DNA from: a virus
Lineage: Duplodnaviria; Caudoviricetes
Strand: one strand, 5' to 3'
IMG/VR virus record: IMGVR_UViG_3300023296_000605
Coordinates: 1 to 24,528 of that record
DNA: 24,528 nucleotides
The notes under the pieces were generated by a model. The model saw only the letters and a program-made list of their open reading frames with translations, was not told the origin of the DNA and searched no databases. The translations under genes were made by a program, and so were the position numbers. Numbering within the stretch: the stretch's first letter is position 1; each line of letters starts with the position of its first letter. Positions 1 to 9,032 of this stretch are shown piece after piece.

Positions 1-2754
1 TCAGTTGTCGTTACTGGCACAGGCGCAAATGTAGCAGGGCATGTCACTGCAACAAGCAATGTGACAGGTGGTAATTTACTTACTGGCGGTCTTGTACTAG
101 CAACAGGTAATGTTACTGGTGGCAATCTAACTACAGCTGGCTTAGTACTAGCAACAGGCAATGTTACTGGTGGCAATCTAACTACAGCTGGCTTAGTACT
201 AGCAACAGGCAATGTTACTGGTGGCAATCTAACTACAGCTGGTCTTGCATCAGTAACTGGTAACGTTACAGCAGGTAATTTAGTTACAGCTGGAGAGATT
301 ACAGACGGTACATTAACTATTAATTCTGGTGTTATTGCATCAGGTGTCTCTGCTACATTCAGTGGCAATGGCGCATTTGGTAACGTAGCTGGCGGAAACT
401 TGGTTTCAGCGACATACTTGACAGGGGTGTTAATTGACGGAACCTCAAATGTTACAGTTAATAATAACGGCAACGTTGACATCACAGTAGGTGCAAACAC
501 GACTGTAGCAGTAACAGCCACCGGCGCAAATATTGTCGGTACATTAAATGCAAACGGCATAGCAACATTAGGTGCAATCGTAACTTCTCAAATAACAGGT
601 GCATCCGGCGGCAACTTAACATTAACAGCTGGTTCGTCTGACGACTATATCGAATTAAGACCTACAGGAACTGGTCAAGTTCATGTCGGTGGATTCAAAA
701 TTGAAGACTTAGGAGCTCCTACAGCATCAACTGATGCGGCAACCAAGCAGTATGTAGATGACATTGCTCAAGGTCTGTCAATTCAGAAGCCTTGTGTAGT
801 AGCATCAACCGCAACTCTAGCAGTTATGTCATCAGGAACAGTTGCATACGATAACGGCACATCAGGTGTTGGCGCGACATTAACAATTTCTGGGTCTACT
901 ATCACTGTGATTGACGGTGTTACTTTAACAATCGCAGACAGAATCTTAATCAAAGACGAAGCAGACTCTGCACATGACGGTATATACACTTATACAAGCA
1001 CTACTGTTCTAACAAGAGCAACAGATTTTGATACCCCAGTCGAGATGGCAGGCGGTGACTTTACATTTATTCAACAAGGTACAGTTTATAATGATACTGG
1101 GTGGGTAATGACTGATCCAGTAACAACTATTGGTACAGATGATGTTAACTTCGTTCAGTTCTCGGGTGCTGGTTCATTCACAGCAGGTGCAGGACTAACA
1201 CTAACAGGCACCGAATTTTCAGTTAATGTAGATGATATAACTACTGCAATTTCAGGTGGAAACGTGGTAGTTAAAACTTCTGCACAGTTTACTACTCCAA
1301 ATATTGGGGCGGCAACAGGCACAAGTTTAGATGCAACGGGCAACGTATCTGGTGGCAATGTAACTACAGCAGGCTTAGTACTAGCAACAGGTAACGTAAC
1401 TGGTGGCAATCTAACTACAGCAGGTCTTGTATCGGCAGTAGGAGATGTTTCAGGTGGAAGTCTTACAACTAGCGGAACAATCACAGACGGTACTCTAAGT
1501 ATTGCTTCTGGTATCATAACATCAGGTGTCTCTGCTACGTTTAGTGGTAACGTAAACGGCGGAAACTTAACATCAGGTGGCGTAGTAGAAGTAACAGGTA
1601 ATGTTATTGGTGGCAATGTAACTACAGCAGGCTTAGTACTAGCAACAGGTAATGTTACTGGTGGCAATGTAACTACAGCAGGCTTAGTACTAGCAACAGG
1701 TAACGTAACTGGTGGCAATCTAACTACAGCAGGTCTTGCATCGGTAACTGGAAATGTTACAGCTGGCAACTTAGTTACAGACGGAGAAATCACAGACGGC
1801 ACATTAACTATTAATTCTGGTGTTATTGCATCAGGTGTCTCTGCTACATTCAGTGGTAACGCCACTGCAGGCAACTTAAATACAGGTGGTGTTCTATCTG
1901 CAACAGGCAACGTATCTGGTGGTAATATTACTACTGGTGCAAAAGTTGTAGCAGTCGGAAACATCGATACTACTAGCGGCATCTTTAATGGCGACGGTTA
2001 TGGTATATCAAACATCGCCGCAGGCAACATCGTAGGATTAAATCTATCAGGTATTTCTAACGGAACATCTAATGTAAACATCGCAACAGAAGATGGAAAC
2101 GTTACTGTAGGTGTTGGTGGGAACAGTGACATATTAATTCTCACTACAACTGGCGCAAATATTACAGGTACACTTAACGCAACAGGTATTATTACAGGTG
2201 ACGGAGGCGGACTATCTAACGTAGTCGGAGCCAATGTAACTGGTGAAGTAACATTCGCCGCAACTGCAAATGCGGTAGCAGGCGCAAATGTCTCTGGTCA
2301 AGTAGCAAATGCACTTGTCTCAGGTACAGTATATACAGCGGCACAACCAAATATTACTTCTGTAGGTACACTGACTTCAGTGTCAGTAAGTGGCATAGCA
2401 AATGTAGCAGGCAATGTTAATATAGGCGCAAGTGAAATATCAACATTGGCCGCTGGCACAGTGACTACGACTACGACATCACAGACAGCAGTTGCATCTT
2501 TTGCAGTATCTGGTATTAATGGTATAGAGTTCTTAGTAAAAGGCATAGACAGCATATCTGGTAACACAAGTGTTGCTACTCTACTAGCAGTAACAGATGG
2601 CTCCACGGTAGACTACTCAGTGTATGGACAAGCGTTCTTAACAGGACAATGTGGAGCATTAGCAGTTGGATTAAACGGGAGTGACTTAGAACTATTAGTC
2701 ACTCCATCTAGCACTAACTCTACCGTATGGATAGCGCAATATAGGTTTATCTAA
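1..2754 (+). CDS. Long repetitive virion fibre/adhesin-like protein, 5'-truncated
   Basis: The frame is open from base 1 (SVVVTGTGANVAGHVTATSNV...), so the listed start at 61 is not the true start. Contains 17-aa ATGNVTGGNLTTAGLVL repeats, a DAATKQYVD...DRILIKDE...LTRATDFD...FVQFSGAG module typical of phage tail fibres, and a compact beta-rich C-terminal domain. Confidence 0.8.
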   Translation, partial: SVVVTGTGANVAGHVTATSNVTGGNLLTGGLVLATGNVTGGNLTTAGLVLATGNVTGGNLTTAGLVLATGNVTGGNLTTAGLASVTGNVTAGNLVTAGEITDGTLTINSGVIASGVSATFSGNGAFGNVAGGNLVSATYLTGVLIDGTSNVTVNNNGNVDITVGANTTVAVTATGANIVGTLNANGIATLGAIVTSQITGASGGNLTLTAGSSDDYIELRPTGTGQVHVGGFKIEDLGAPTASTDAATKQYVDDIAQGLSIQKPCVVASTATLAVMSSGTVAYDNGTSGVGATLTISGSTITVIDGVTLTIADRILIKDEADSAHDGIYTYTSTTVLTRATDFDTPVEMAGGDFTFIQQGTVYNDTGWVMTDPVTTIGTDDVNFVQFSGAGSFTAGAGLTLTGTEFSVNVDDITTAISGGNVVVKTSAQFTTPNIGAATGTSLDATGNVSGGNVTTAGLVLATGNVTGGNLTTAGLVSAVGDVSGGSLTTSGTITDGTLSIASGIITSGVSATFSGNVNGGNLTSGGVVEVTGNVIGGNVTTAGLVLATGNVTGGNVTTAGLVLATGNVTGGNLTTAGLASVTGNVTAGNLVTDGEITDGTLTINSGVIASGVSATFSGNATAGNLNTGGVLSATGNVSGGNITTGAKVVAVGNIDTTSGIFNGDGYGISNIAAGNIVGLNLSGISNGTSNVNIATEDGNVTVGVGGNSDILILTTTGANITGTLNATGIITGDGGGLSNVVGANVTGEVTFAATANAVAGANVSGQVANALVSGTVYTAAQPNITSVGTLTSVSVSGIANVAGNVNIGASEISTLAAGTVTTTTTSQTAVASFAVSGINGIEFLVKGIDSISGNTSVATLLAVTDGSTVDYSVYGQAFLTGQCGALAVGLNGSDLELLVTPSSTNSTVWIAQYRFI
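49..252 (+). repeat. Four tandem 51-nt coding repeats (17 aa)
   Basis: Units start at 49, 100, 151 and 202, consensus gcaacaggcaatgttactggtggcaatctaactacagctggcttagtacta. Confidence 0.9.
1333..1860 (+). repeat. Second and third clusters of the 51-nt repeat, plus a duplicate of the ITDGTLTINSGVIASGVSATFSGN segment
   Basis: Units start at 1333, 1384, 1591, 1642 and 1693. About 1730-1860 closely matches about 240-368. Confidence 0.85.
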
Positions 2755-2756
2755 AA

Positions 2757-4316
2757 ATGGCAATTCGATCCTTTAATTCTGTAGGCGGTTTTTCTGTAGC
2801 TGAAGTACCGGTAGAGGTAATAAGTAACGTAGGTAATGTTACTCCCCTCAACTTAACGGTCACTGAACTTAGTAACTTGGGTGCAATAGGCAACATATCA
2901 ATTACAGGAGGAACCACTGGCCAATCAATCATCACCGATGGTTCTGGAACATTATCATTTGGTACGTCTGGATTAGCCGTTGGTACGGCTGCTGTGATGC
3001 CGTACTACATTGCCCCTGCTGAGACATATTATGTCGGTGCCAACCTTCAAGGACTGTTCTCTCAAGCAATTGAAATTGATGGTATCCTCGAGGTTGACGG
3101 AATACTAGAAGAAATTGGTGTCTCTCAAAATGCGGCATCTAGTCAAATATATTTTGATAATAGCGGTACATTTTACGGAAACACTGGGTTTACTTTTAAT
3201 ATTGTGTCTGGTAATGTAGATATTCCAGGCAACGTAAATCCAACAGGCAATATAATTCCTGGTGCTAATGTAACATACGATTTGGGTTCGGCTACTTCTC
3301 GTTGGAACGATTTATATCTTTCTGGCACATCAATATTCTTAGGTTCAAGCACCCTTGCTGAAGATGGCTCTGGTGGCCTCGTTCTTACTAATGGTGATGG
3401 TGGTACTTGGACATTCAACGGATCAACAGATATTGACTCTTCAATGATTACTAACGGAACATCAAACGTAACAGTAGCGTCTGATGGCTTAGTAATAATG
3501 GGTGTTTCAGGCAACGCAAACGTTTTTAATGTTTCTGGTCTTGGTGTCGTAAACACATCAGGTAACGTAGTATCCTCAGGCATAAAAACAGACAATTACT
3601 ACTACGCAAACGGCGTATCAATAGTTTTCGGAGAATCAGCAGCCGGAACAAATACTCAAGTTCAATTTAATGACAATGGTGAATTCGGGGCAACAGCAAA
3701 TTTAATATTCAATGATGCCACGCAAACATTATCTTCTCTTGGCAAGATTACTGCTACAGCTAATGTGCAAGGTAATAACTTTATAGCAACATCTGGTACA
3801 GTTCAATATGGAACTGGAGCAGGAGCAGGAACAATCGCAGTAGATACTGGATCAACAACTGCCGGCATGTTCACATCTGGAATCACAGATGTCAATATAG
3901 GACTAGCGGCAAATGTTGTAATATGTGGTTCAGGAAAGACACTAACTGCACGTGGTAATGTTAGTGCAGACAATTTACAAGCAACAACACTATCAGTTGC
4001 TGATTTTTATAGTAGTAGAACTGCAATATCAGTCGGGTCAGATAACACAACAATCGACAGCTTCCCGAGTTCGAGTTATAGATCAGCAAAATATACAATA
4101 AAAATATCAGATAACACCGGTTATCAGGCAGTAGAAGTCTTACTCGTACATGACGCAGTAACTCCTCTAATTACAATATACGGTTCTATATCGACCACAT
4201 CGGCAGAACTGATCACGTTGTCAACAGTGATAAGCGGTTCAAATGTATTATTGCGAGCATCGCCGGTGAATTCAAGCACGAGTGTTAATGTAATGGGAAC
4301 ATATGTGCCAGATTAA
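2757..4316 (+). CDS. Virion structural/fibre-associated protein
   Basis: 519 aa. Contains GNIIPGANVTYDLGSATSRWNDLYLSG and the C-terminal IDSFPSSSYRSAKYTIKI...YQAVEVLLVHD domain seen in T4-like phage virion proteins. Starts 2 nt after the upstream stop. Confidence 0.75.
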   Translation: MAIRSFNSVGGFSVAEVPVEVISNVGNVTPLNLTVTELSNLGAIGNISITGGTTGQSIITDGSGTLSFGTSGLAVGTAAVMPYYIAPAETYYVGANLQGLFSQAIEIDGILEVDGILEEIGVSQNAASSQIYFDNSGTFYGNTGFTFNIVSGNVDIPGNVNPTGNIIPGANVTYDLGSATSRWNDLYLSGTSIFLGSSTLAEDGSGGLVLTNGDGGTWTFNGSTDIDSSMITNGTSNVTVASDGLVIMGVSGNANVFNVSGLGVVNTSGNVVSSGIKTDNYYYANGVSIVFGESAAGTNTQVQFNDNGEFGATANLIFNDATQTLSSLGKITATANVQGNNFIATSGTVQYGTGAGAGTIAVDTGSTTAGMFTSGITDVNIGLAANVVICGSGKTLTARGNVSADNLQATTLSVADFYSSRTAISVGSDNTTIDSFPSSSYRSAKYTIKISDNTGYQAVEVLLVHDAVTPLITIYGSISTTSAELITLSTVISGSNVLLRASPVNSSTSVNVMGTYVPD

Positions 4317-4339
4317 CGAAGGTTGATCTGTGGATAATG

Positions 4340-4376
4340 ATAAATATAAATATGTTCAGAAAGAAAAACTTAAATA
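4340..4376 (+). promoter_or_regulatory. T4-type late promoter-like motifs
   Basis: Exact TATAAATA at 4345-4352, an overlapping ATAAATA at 4340-4346 and TTAAATA at 4370-4376, all upstream of a structural gene. Confidence 0.55.
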
Positions 4377-4392
4377 TAATAGGGTATAAAAA

Positions 4393-7300
4393 ATGTTAAT
4401 ATTAAAACAAAATACGCCGGCGTCAGTTCCGACTCCAGCCTCAGGGAAAGGAACAATTTTTCTTTCTGACTCAGATGTATTGTCAGTTAAATCAGACAGC
4501 GGCGCTGTTGAATCGTTTCCCACTGTTGGCGGTACAAATACACAGGTCACCTTTAATGATGAGGATTCGTTAGGTGGTGTCTCACAATTTGTTTTCGATA
4601 AAGCAACCAATGTACTAACAGTTACAGGAAACATAGCGACCACTAGAGTCCTTACTGACAACTTACTTTATGCAAACGGCGAAGCATGGGACTTACAAGT
4701 ACCAGCTGGTGCAAACACACAAATTATCTTCAATGATAACGGTAATTTTGGTGCCGACTCACTATTCACATTTGATACAGATACAAACATTTTAGCGGCA
4801 CCAATAGTAACAGCAACAACCTTAAACGGTACCCTAGGCACAGCCGCCCAAACTAACATTACTAGCGTCGGTACTTTAACAAGTCTTCTATCAGGTGCAT
4901 CAGCATCTAGTGCTGACTTTGGAAACGCAGTAGGTATTTTCTCAGCAGATAACACTGGTAAAACATTCAGTGATCAAATTGGCCTTGTTGGTGAAGCACA
5001 AGGTGATGCAGGTGATGTTGGTATTACTGGTATCGGAGTATACGGTATAGGTAAAACTGCAGGCGCAACTAAAGGTACTGGTGTATATGGCCTCGGTGCG
5101 ATTGATGATACGACTGACACGGGAGCCGCAGTAGGCGTAAGAGGTGTCACTACAGACATACATGCAAGTGGATACAACATCGGTGTATTCGGAACTGCGT
5201 CAGGTTCAAGTATAGGAAACTATGGCGTATACATTCAGGAAGGTGGTATTGCAACTATCGAAAACGCATGTGACTGGGCCGTAGTAGATAACAGTGCAAA
5301 CGCTGTAACGTGGAGTTCTACGGGTAAAGCAAATATTTTCTTAATCGAATCAACTGACAACGCAGAAGGCGTAGGCACATCAGGTTATTTAAATGTTACT
5401 GGTAATATTACTGCGATTGCCGGTATCAAAACAGACAACTATTATTATGCAAACGGATCACCAGTAGATTTTCAACAGCCAGCTGGCTCAAACACAGAAG
5501 TCATCTTTAATGATGATGGTGATTTTGGAGCAGATGCAACATTCACATTTGATACAGACACAAACATTTTATCAGCTCCAATTGTTACAGCGACTACATT
5601 AAACGGTACGTTAGGTACAGCGGCACAGACTGCTATTACTTCTGTAGGTACACTATCTGGATTAACAGTGACTAATCCGATTACAGGTTCAATCACTGGT
5701 TCTTCTGGCTCAGCGACAGGGACAGCGGCTACTGTAACAACTGCCGCACAACCAAATATAACAAGTACAGGTACTTTAACCGCATTAACTGTAACTGGCA
5801 ATGTTGGAGCAGGCAATGTTAACGGAACAGGTGGTGTATTTACATACGTGTCTGGTGACGGCGCAAACTTAACATCACTGGCAGGTTCAGAAGTTATTGG
5901 CGAAGTAGATTTTGCTCAAGTAGCAAACGCAGTAGCAGGGGCAAATGTATCAGGTGAAGTAGATTTTGCCGCAACAGCAAATGCGGTAGCAGGTGCAAAT
6001 GTCTCAGGTGAAGTAGATTTTGCCGCAACAGCAAATGCGGTAGCAGGTGCAAATGTCTCAGGTACAGTTGCTCTAGCAACTACATCAGGCACAGTATCAA
6101 CCGCGGCACAGCCAAATATTACATCAGTGGGTACATTATCTGGATTGAGCATCAACGGAACACTAACTGCGGTTAACATTACTGCTAACACAGGTATCTT
6201 TACAGGCGATGGTTCAGGACTAACTGATATCGCAGGGGCAAACGTATCAGGCGCAGTCGCACTAGCAACAAGTGCTACATCAGCAAATGCAGTAGCAGGA
6301 GCAAATGTATCAGGTACGGTTGCATTAGCAACAAGTGCTACATCAGCAAATGCAGTAGCAGGAGCAAACGTATCAGGCGCAGTCGCATTCGCAACCACAG
6401 CAAACGCAGTAGCAGGGGCAAATGTCTCGGGTGCAGTAGCATTCGCAACCACAGCAAACGCAGTAGCAGGTGCAAATGTTTCAGGTGAAGTAGATTTTGC
6501 TCAAGTAGCAAATGCAGTAGCAGGAGCAAATGTATCAGGTACGGTTGCATTAGCAACTACAGCAGGTACTGTAACAACTGCGGCACAACCGAATATTACA
6601 TCAGTCGGCACTTTAAGTTCAGTAACGACTACAGGAAACGTAGATACTACCGGAAATGTGGTAACAGATGCAATTATTGGCAAATCAGCCGGCATCACGC
6701 TCACAGCGATTGGCACGGATCAGCCGATTACACTGATACCAACAGGAACTGGTGCAGTAGCAGTTAGTTCAAAACGAATTACAGACTTGGCAACACCTAC
6801 AGCATCAACTGATGCGGCAACCAAACAATATGTAGATGATGTTGCACAAGGACTTGCAGTTCAGGCACCCGGTAGAGTAGCAACTGCAAGCACATTAACA
6901 TCTATCACTGGTGGTACTGTTACATACAACAACGGAACAGCAGGTGTTGGTGCGACATTAACAACATCCTCTGGTACGTTCAACACAATTGATGGTGTTA
7001 CAACTTCAACGAACGACAGAATCTTAGTTAAAGATGAAAGTGAGGCCGCAAACAACGGCATATATGTTAAAACATCAGCAACAGTATTAACAAGAGCATC
7101 AGACTTTGATACCCCAACAGAAATGGCAGGTGGTGACTTTGTATTCATACAACAAGGTACAGTTTATAATGACTCAGGTTGGGTAATGACTGATCCAGTG
7201 ACAACTGTTGGAACATCTGGTGTAAATTTTGTTCAGTTCTCTGGAGCAGGAACATACACAGCAGGTGCAGGACTAACACTAACAGGCACCGAATTTTCAA

Positions 7301-8916
7301 TTACAAATACAGCAGTAACAGCACAATCATACGGTAATGGAACGCATAACGCAACATTTACTGTTAACAGCAAAGGTCAAATGACTGCTGGCGCCAACGT
7401 TGCCATTACTGCAAACGCACAGATATTAACAGGTACTTCAATTGCTTCAGGTGTGACTGGTTCATCACTAACAAGCGTTGGTACAATCAGTTCAGGTACA
7501 TGGCAAGGTACAAGTATTGGATCAAGTTATGTTTCAACACTTAATCAGAATACAACAGGATATGCAGGTACTGTAAGTGTAGCGGCACAGCCCAACATTA
7601 CTTCAGTAGGTACGCTATCCGCGCTGTCAGTAACAGCGACGATCACTGGTTCAGTAAGTGGCTCAGCCGCAACAGCGACATCAGCAACTATTGCCGCAAC
7701 AGCAAACGCAGTAGCAGGGGCAAATGTATCAGGTACGGTTGCATTAGCAACTACAGCAGGTACAGTATCAACTGCCGCACAACCTAACATAACAAGTGTA
7801 GGTACATTATCAGGTTTAACTGTATCATCGACGATCACTGGTTCAGTAAGTGGCTCAGCCGCAACAGCGACATCAGCAACTACAGCAGGTTCTGTAACAA
7901 CAGCGGCTCAAGGAAATATCACATCAGTCGGTGTACTCACTTCATTAAATTCAAGTGGTACTATAACTGCACCAGCATTTACTGCTAACACTGGCGTCTT
8001 TACTGGTGATGGCTCAGGCTTATCAACACTAAATGCATCGAACGTTTCAAGCGGAACATTAGCACAAGCAAGACTTGCAAATGATTCTGTGACAGTTAAC
8101 GGTTCAACTGTTGCATTAGGTGCATCAACCACAATTACAGCCAGTACAACCCAATCAGTTACATTTAATAATAGTGGTTCAGGTGTATCTTCAGGAACAA
8201 CGTTTAATGGTGGTACAGCTAGAATTATATCGTACAATACTATCGGTGCACCAAGTACTAGTGGTTCAGGAGCATCAGGATCATGGGGAATCAGTGTTAC
8301 AGGGACCGCGGCGTCAGCGACTGGGACAGCGGCTACAGTAACAACTGCGGCACAGCCCAACATTACTTCAGTAGGTACTTTAAGTTCATTAACTGTATCA
8401 GGTATAACTAATACAGGTACTATGCAATCAACAATTATCACTACAGGCTCTAATTCAACAGCAGGTACGATCACTGGTGACTATACACTAACATCAGGCT
8501 CAACTCTTAACGCAACTTATGCGGATTTGGCTGAGAAATATACTGCGGACGCTCAATACGAAGCAGGAACAGTTGTTACGTTCGGTGGAGAAGCAGAATG
8601 TTCTATAGCAGGTGTCAAAGGACTCCATGCAGTAGCGGGTGTTGTAACAACTAACCCTGCTCAAGTGTATAACGCAGGATGTGTTGCACCAGAAGGACAG
8701 TTTGTTATTGAACTAGCACTGATCGGAAGAGTACCGTGCAAAATTATTGGCCCGATTGAAAAAGGTGACTTGATTATTACTTCTGATCAAGCTGGTTATG
8801 GTTGTGCAGGCAATCCTGCTACGGTTAAAGCTGGTACTATCATCGGCAAAGCATTAGAAGCATTCAACGGACCAACCCCAGAAGGTGTCGTCGAAGTATT
8901 AGTCGGTAAAACCTAA
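4393..8916 (+). CDS. Long tail fibre-like protein with C-terminal Peptidase_G2-like intramolecular chaperone domain
   Basis: 1507 aa with ANAVAGANVSG and AAQPNITSVGTL repeats. The C-terminus ATYADLAEKY...GTVV...AGVVTTNP...ALIGRVPCK...KGDLIITS...GTIIGKALE matches the autocleaving chaperone motif pattern. Confidence 0.8.
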   Translation: MLILKQNTPASVPTPASGKGTIFLSDSDVLSVKSDSGAVESFPTVGGTNTQVTFNDEDSLGGVSQFVFDKATNVLTVTGNIATTRVLTDNLLYANGEAWDLQVPAGANTQIIFNDNGNFGADSLFTFDTDTNILAAPIVTATTLNGTLGTAAQTNITSVGTLTSLLSGASASSADFGNAVGIFSADNTGKTFSDQIGLVGEAQGDAGDVGITGIGVYGIGKTAGATKGTGVYGLGAIDDTTDTGAAVGVRGVTTDIHASGYNIGVFGTASGSSIGNYGVYIQEGGIATIENACDWAVVDNSANAVTWSSTGKANIFLIESTDNAEGVGTSGYLNVTGNITAIAGIKTDNYYYANGSPVDFQQPAGSNTEVIFNDDGDFGADATFTFDTDTNILSAPIVTATTLNGTLGTAAQTAITSVGTLSGLTVTNPITGSITGSSGSATGTAATVTTAAQPNITSTGTLTALTVTGNVGAGNVNGTGGVFTYVSGDGANLTSLAGSEVIGEVDFAQVANAVAGANVSGEVDFAATANAVAGANVSGEVDFAATANAVAGANVSGTVALATTSGTVSTAAQPNITSVGTLSGLSINGTLTAVNITANTGIFTGDGSGLTDIAGANVSGAVALATSATSANAVAGANVSGTVALATSATSANAVAGANVSGAVAFATTANAVAGANVSGAVAFATTANAVAGANVSGEVDFAQVANAVAGANVSGTVALATTAGTVTTAAQPNITSVGTLSSVTTTGNVDTTGNVVTDAIIGKSAGITLTAIGTDQPITLIPTGTGAVAVSSKRITDLATPTASTDAATKQYVDDVAQGLAVQAPGRVATASTLTSITGGTVTYNNGTAGVGATLTTSSGTFNTIDGVTTSTNDRILVKDESEAANNGIYVKTSATVLTRASDFDTPTEMAGGDFVFIQQGTVYNDSGWVMTDPVTTVGTSGVNFVQFSGAGTYTAGAGLTLTGTEFSITNTAVTAQSYGNGTHNATFTVNSKGQMTAGANVAITANAQILTGTSIASGVTGSSLTSVGTISSGTWQGTSIGSSYVSTLNQNTTGYAGTVSVAAQPNITSVGTLSALSVTATITGSVSGSAATATSATIAATANAVAGANVSGTVALATTAGTVSTAAQPNITSVGTLSGLTVSSTITGSVSGSAATATSATTAGSVTTAAQGNITSVGVLTSLNSSGTITAPAFTANTGVFTGDGSGLSTLNASNVSSGTLAQARLANDSVTVNGSTVALGASTTITASTTQSVTFNNSGSGVSSGTTFNGGTARIISYNTIGAPSTSGSGASGSWGISVTGTAASATGTAATVTTAAQPNITSVGTLSSLTVSGITNTGTMQSTIITTGSNSTAGTITGDYTLTSGSTLNATYADLAEKYTADAQYEAGTVVTFGGEAECSIAGVKGLHAVAGVVTTNPAQVYNAGCVAPEGQFVIELALIGRVPCKIIGPIEKGDLIITSDQAGYGCAGNPATVKAGTIIGKALEAFNGPTPEGVVEVLVGKT
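5899..6560 (+). repeat. Array of 54-63-nt coding repeats with core ANAVAGANVSG
   Basis: Eight copies of the core by hand count, with alternative spacers (EVDFAAT, EVDFAQV, TVALATSATS, AVAFATT). Further copies at about 7700 and in the first fibre gene at about 2265. Confidence 0.9.
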
Positions 8917-8958
8917 TTCTAACTACCTTAGAATCGTGACGTTGCAAAGCGCCACACC

Positions 8959-8984
8959 GAAAGGGCAACGAAAGTTGCTCTTTC
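8959..8984 (+). terminator. Strong hairpin after the fibre genes, probable terminator or RNA stability element
   Basis: GAAAGGGCAAC-GAAA-GTTGCTCTTTC gives an 11-bp stem (one G-U) with a GNRA loop. No clear free U-tract follows. Confidence 0.5.
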
Positions 8985-9032
8985 AACCTAGAGAATTTAT
9001 AACACGTACATAAAAATAAGATAAGTAGCTAT

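Noticed and set aside
49-6560. Tandem repeats as a CRISPR array
   Set aside because: Unit lengths are multiples of 3, lie in frame within CDSs, vary at wobble positions and have no unique spacers. No cas genes are present.
718-7299. Duplicated fibre module as a diversity-generating retroelement template/variable pair or shufflon
   Set aside because: Both copies are coding and internal, the differences are not adenine-specific, the repeats are direct, and no reverse transcriptase or invertase is in the window.
783-8474. Many minus-strand and alternative-frame ORFs (up to 275 aa) over the fibre genes
   Set aside because: These are shadows of repetitive Thr/Ala/Gly/Val codons that rarely produce antisense stops. 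They have no RBS or motifs.
8916-8997. Hairpin cluster as a hammerhead ribozyme or known riboswitch
   Set aside because: There is no CUGANGA core and no aptamer consensus that I recognise.
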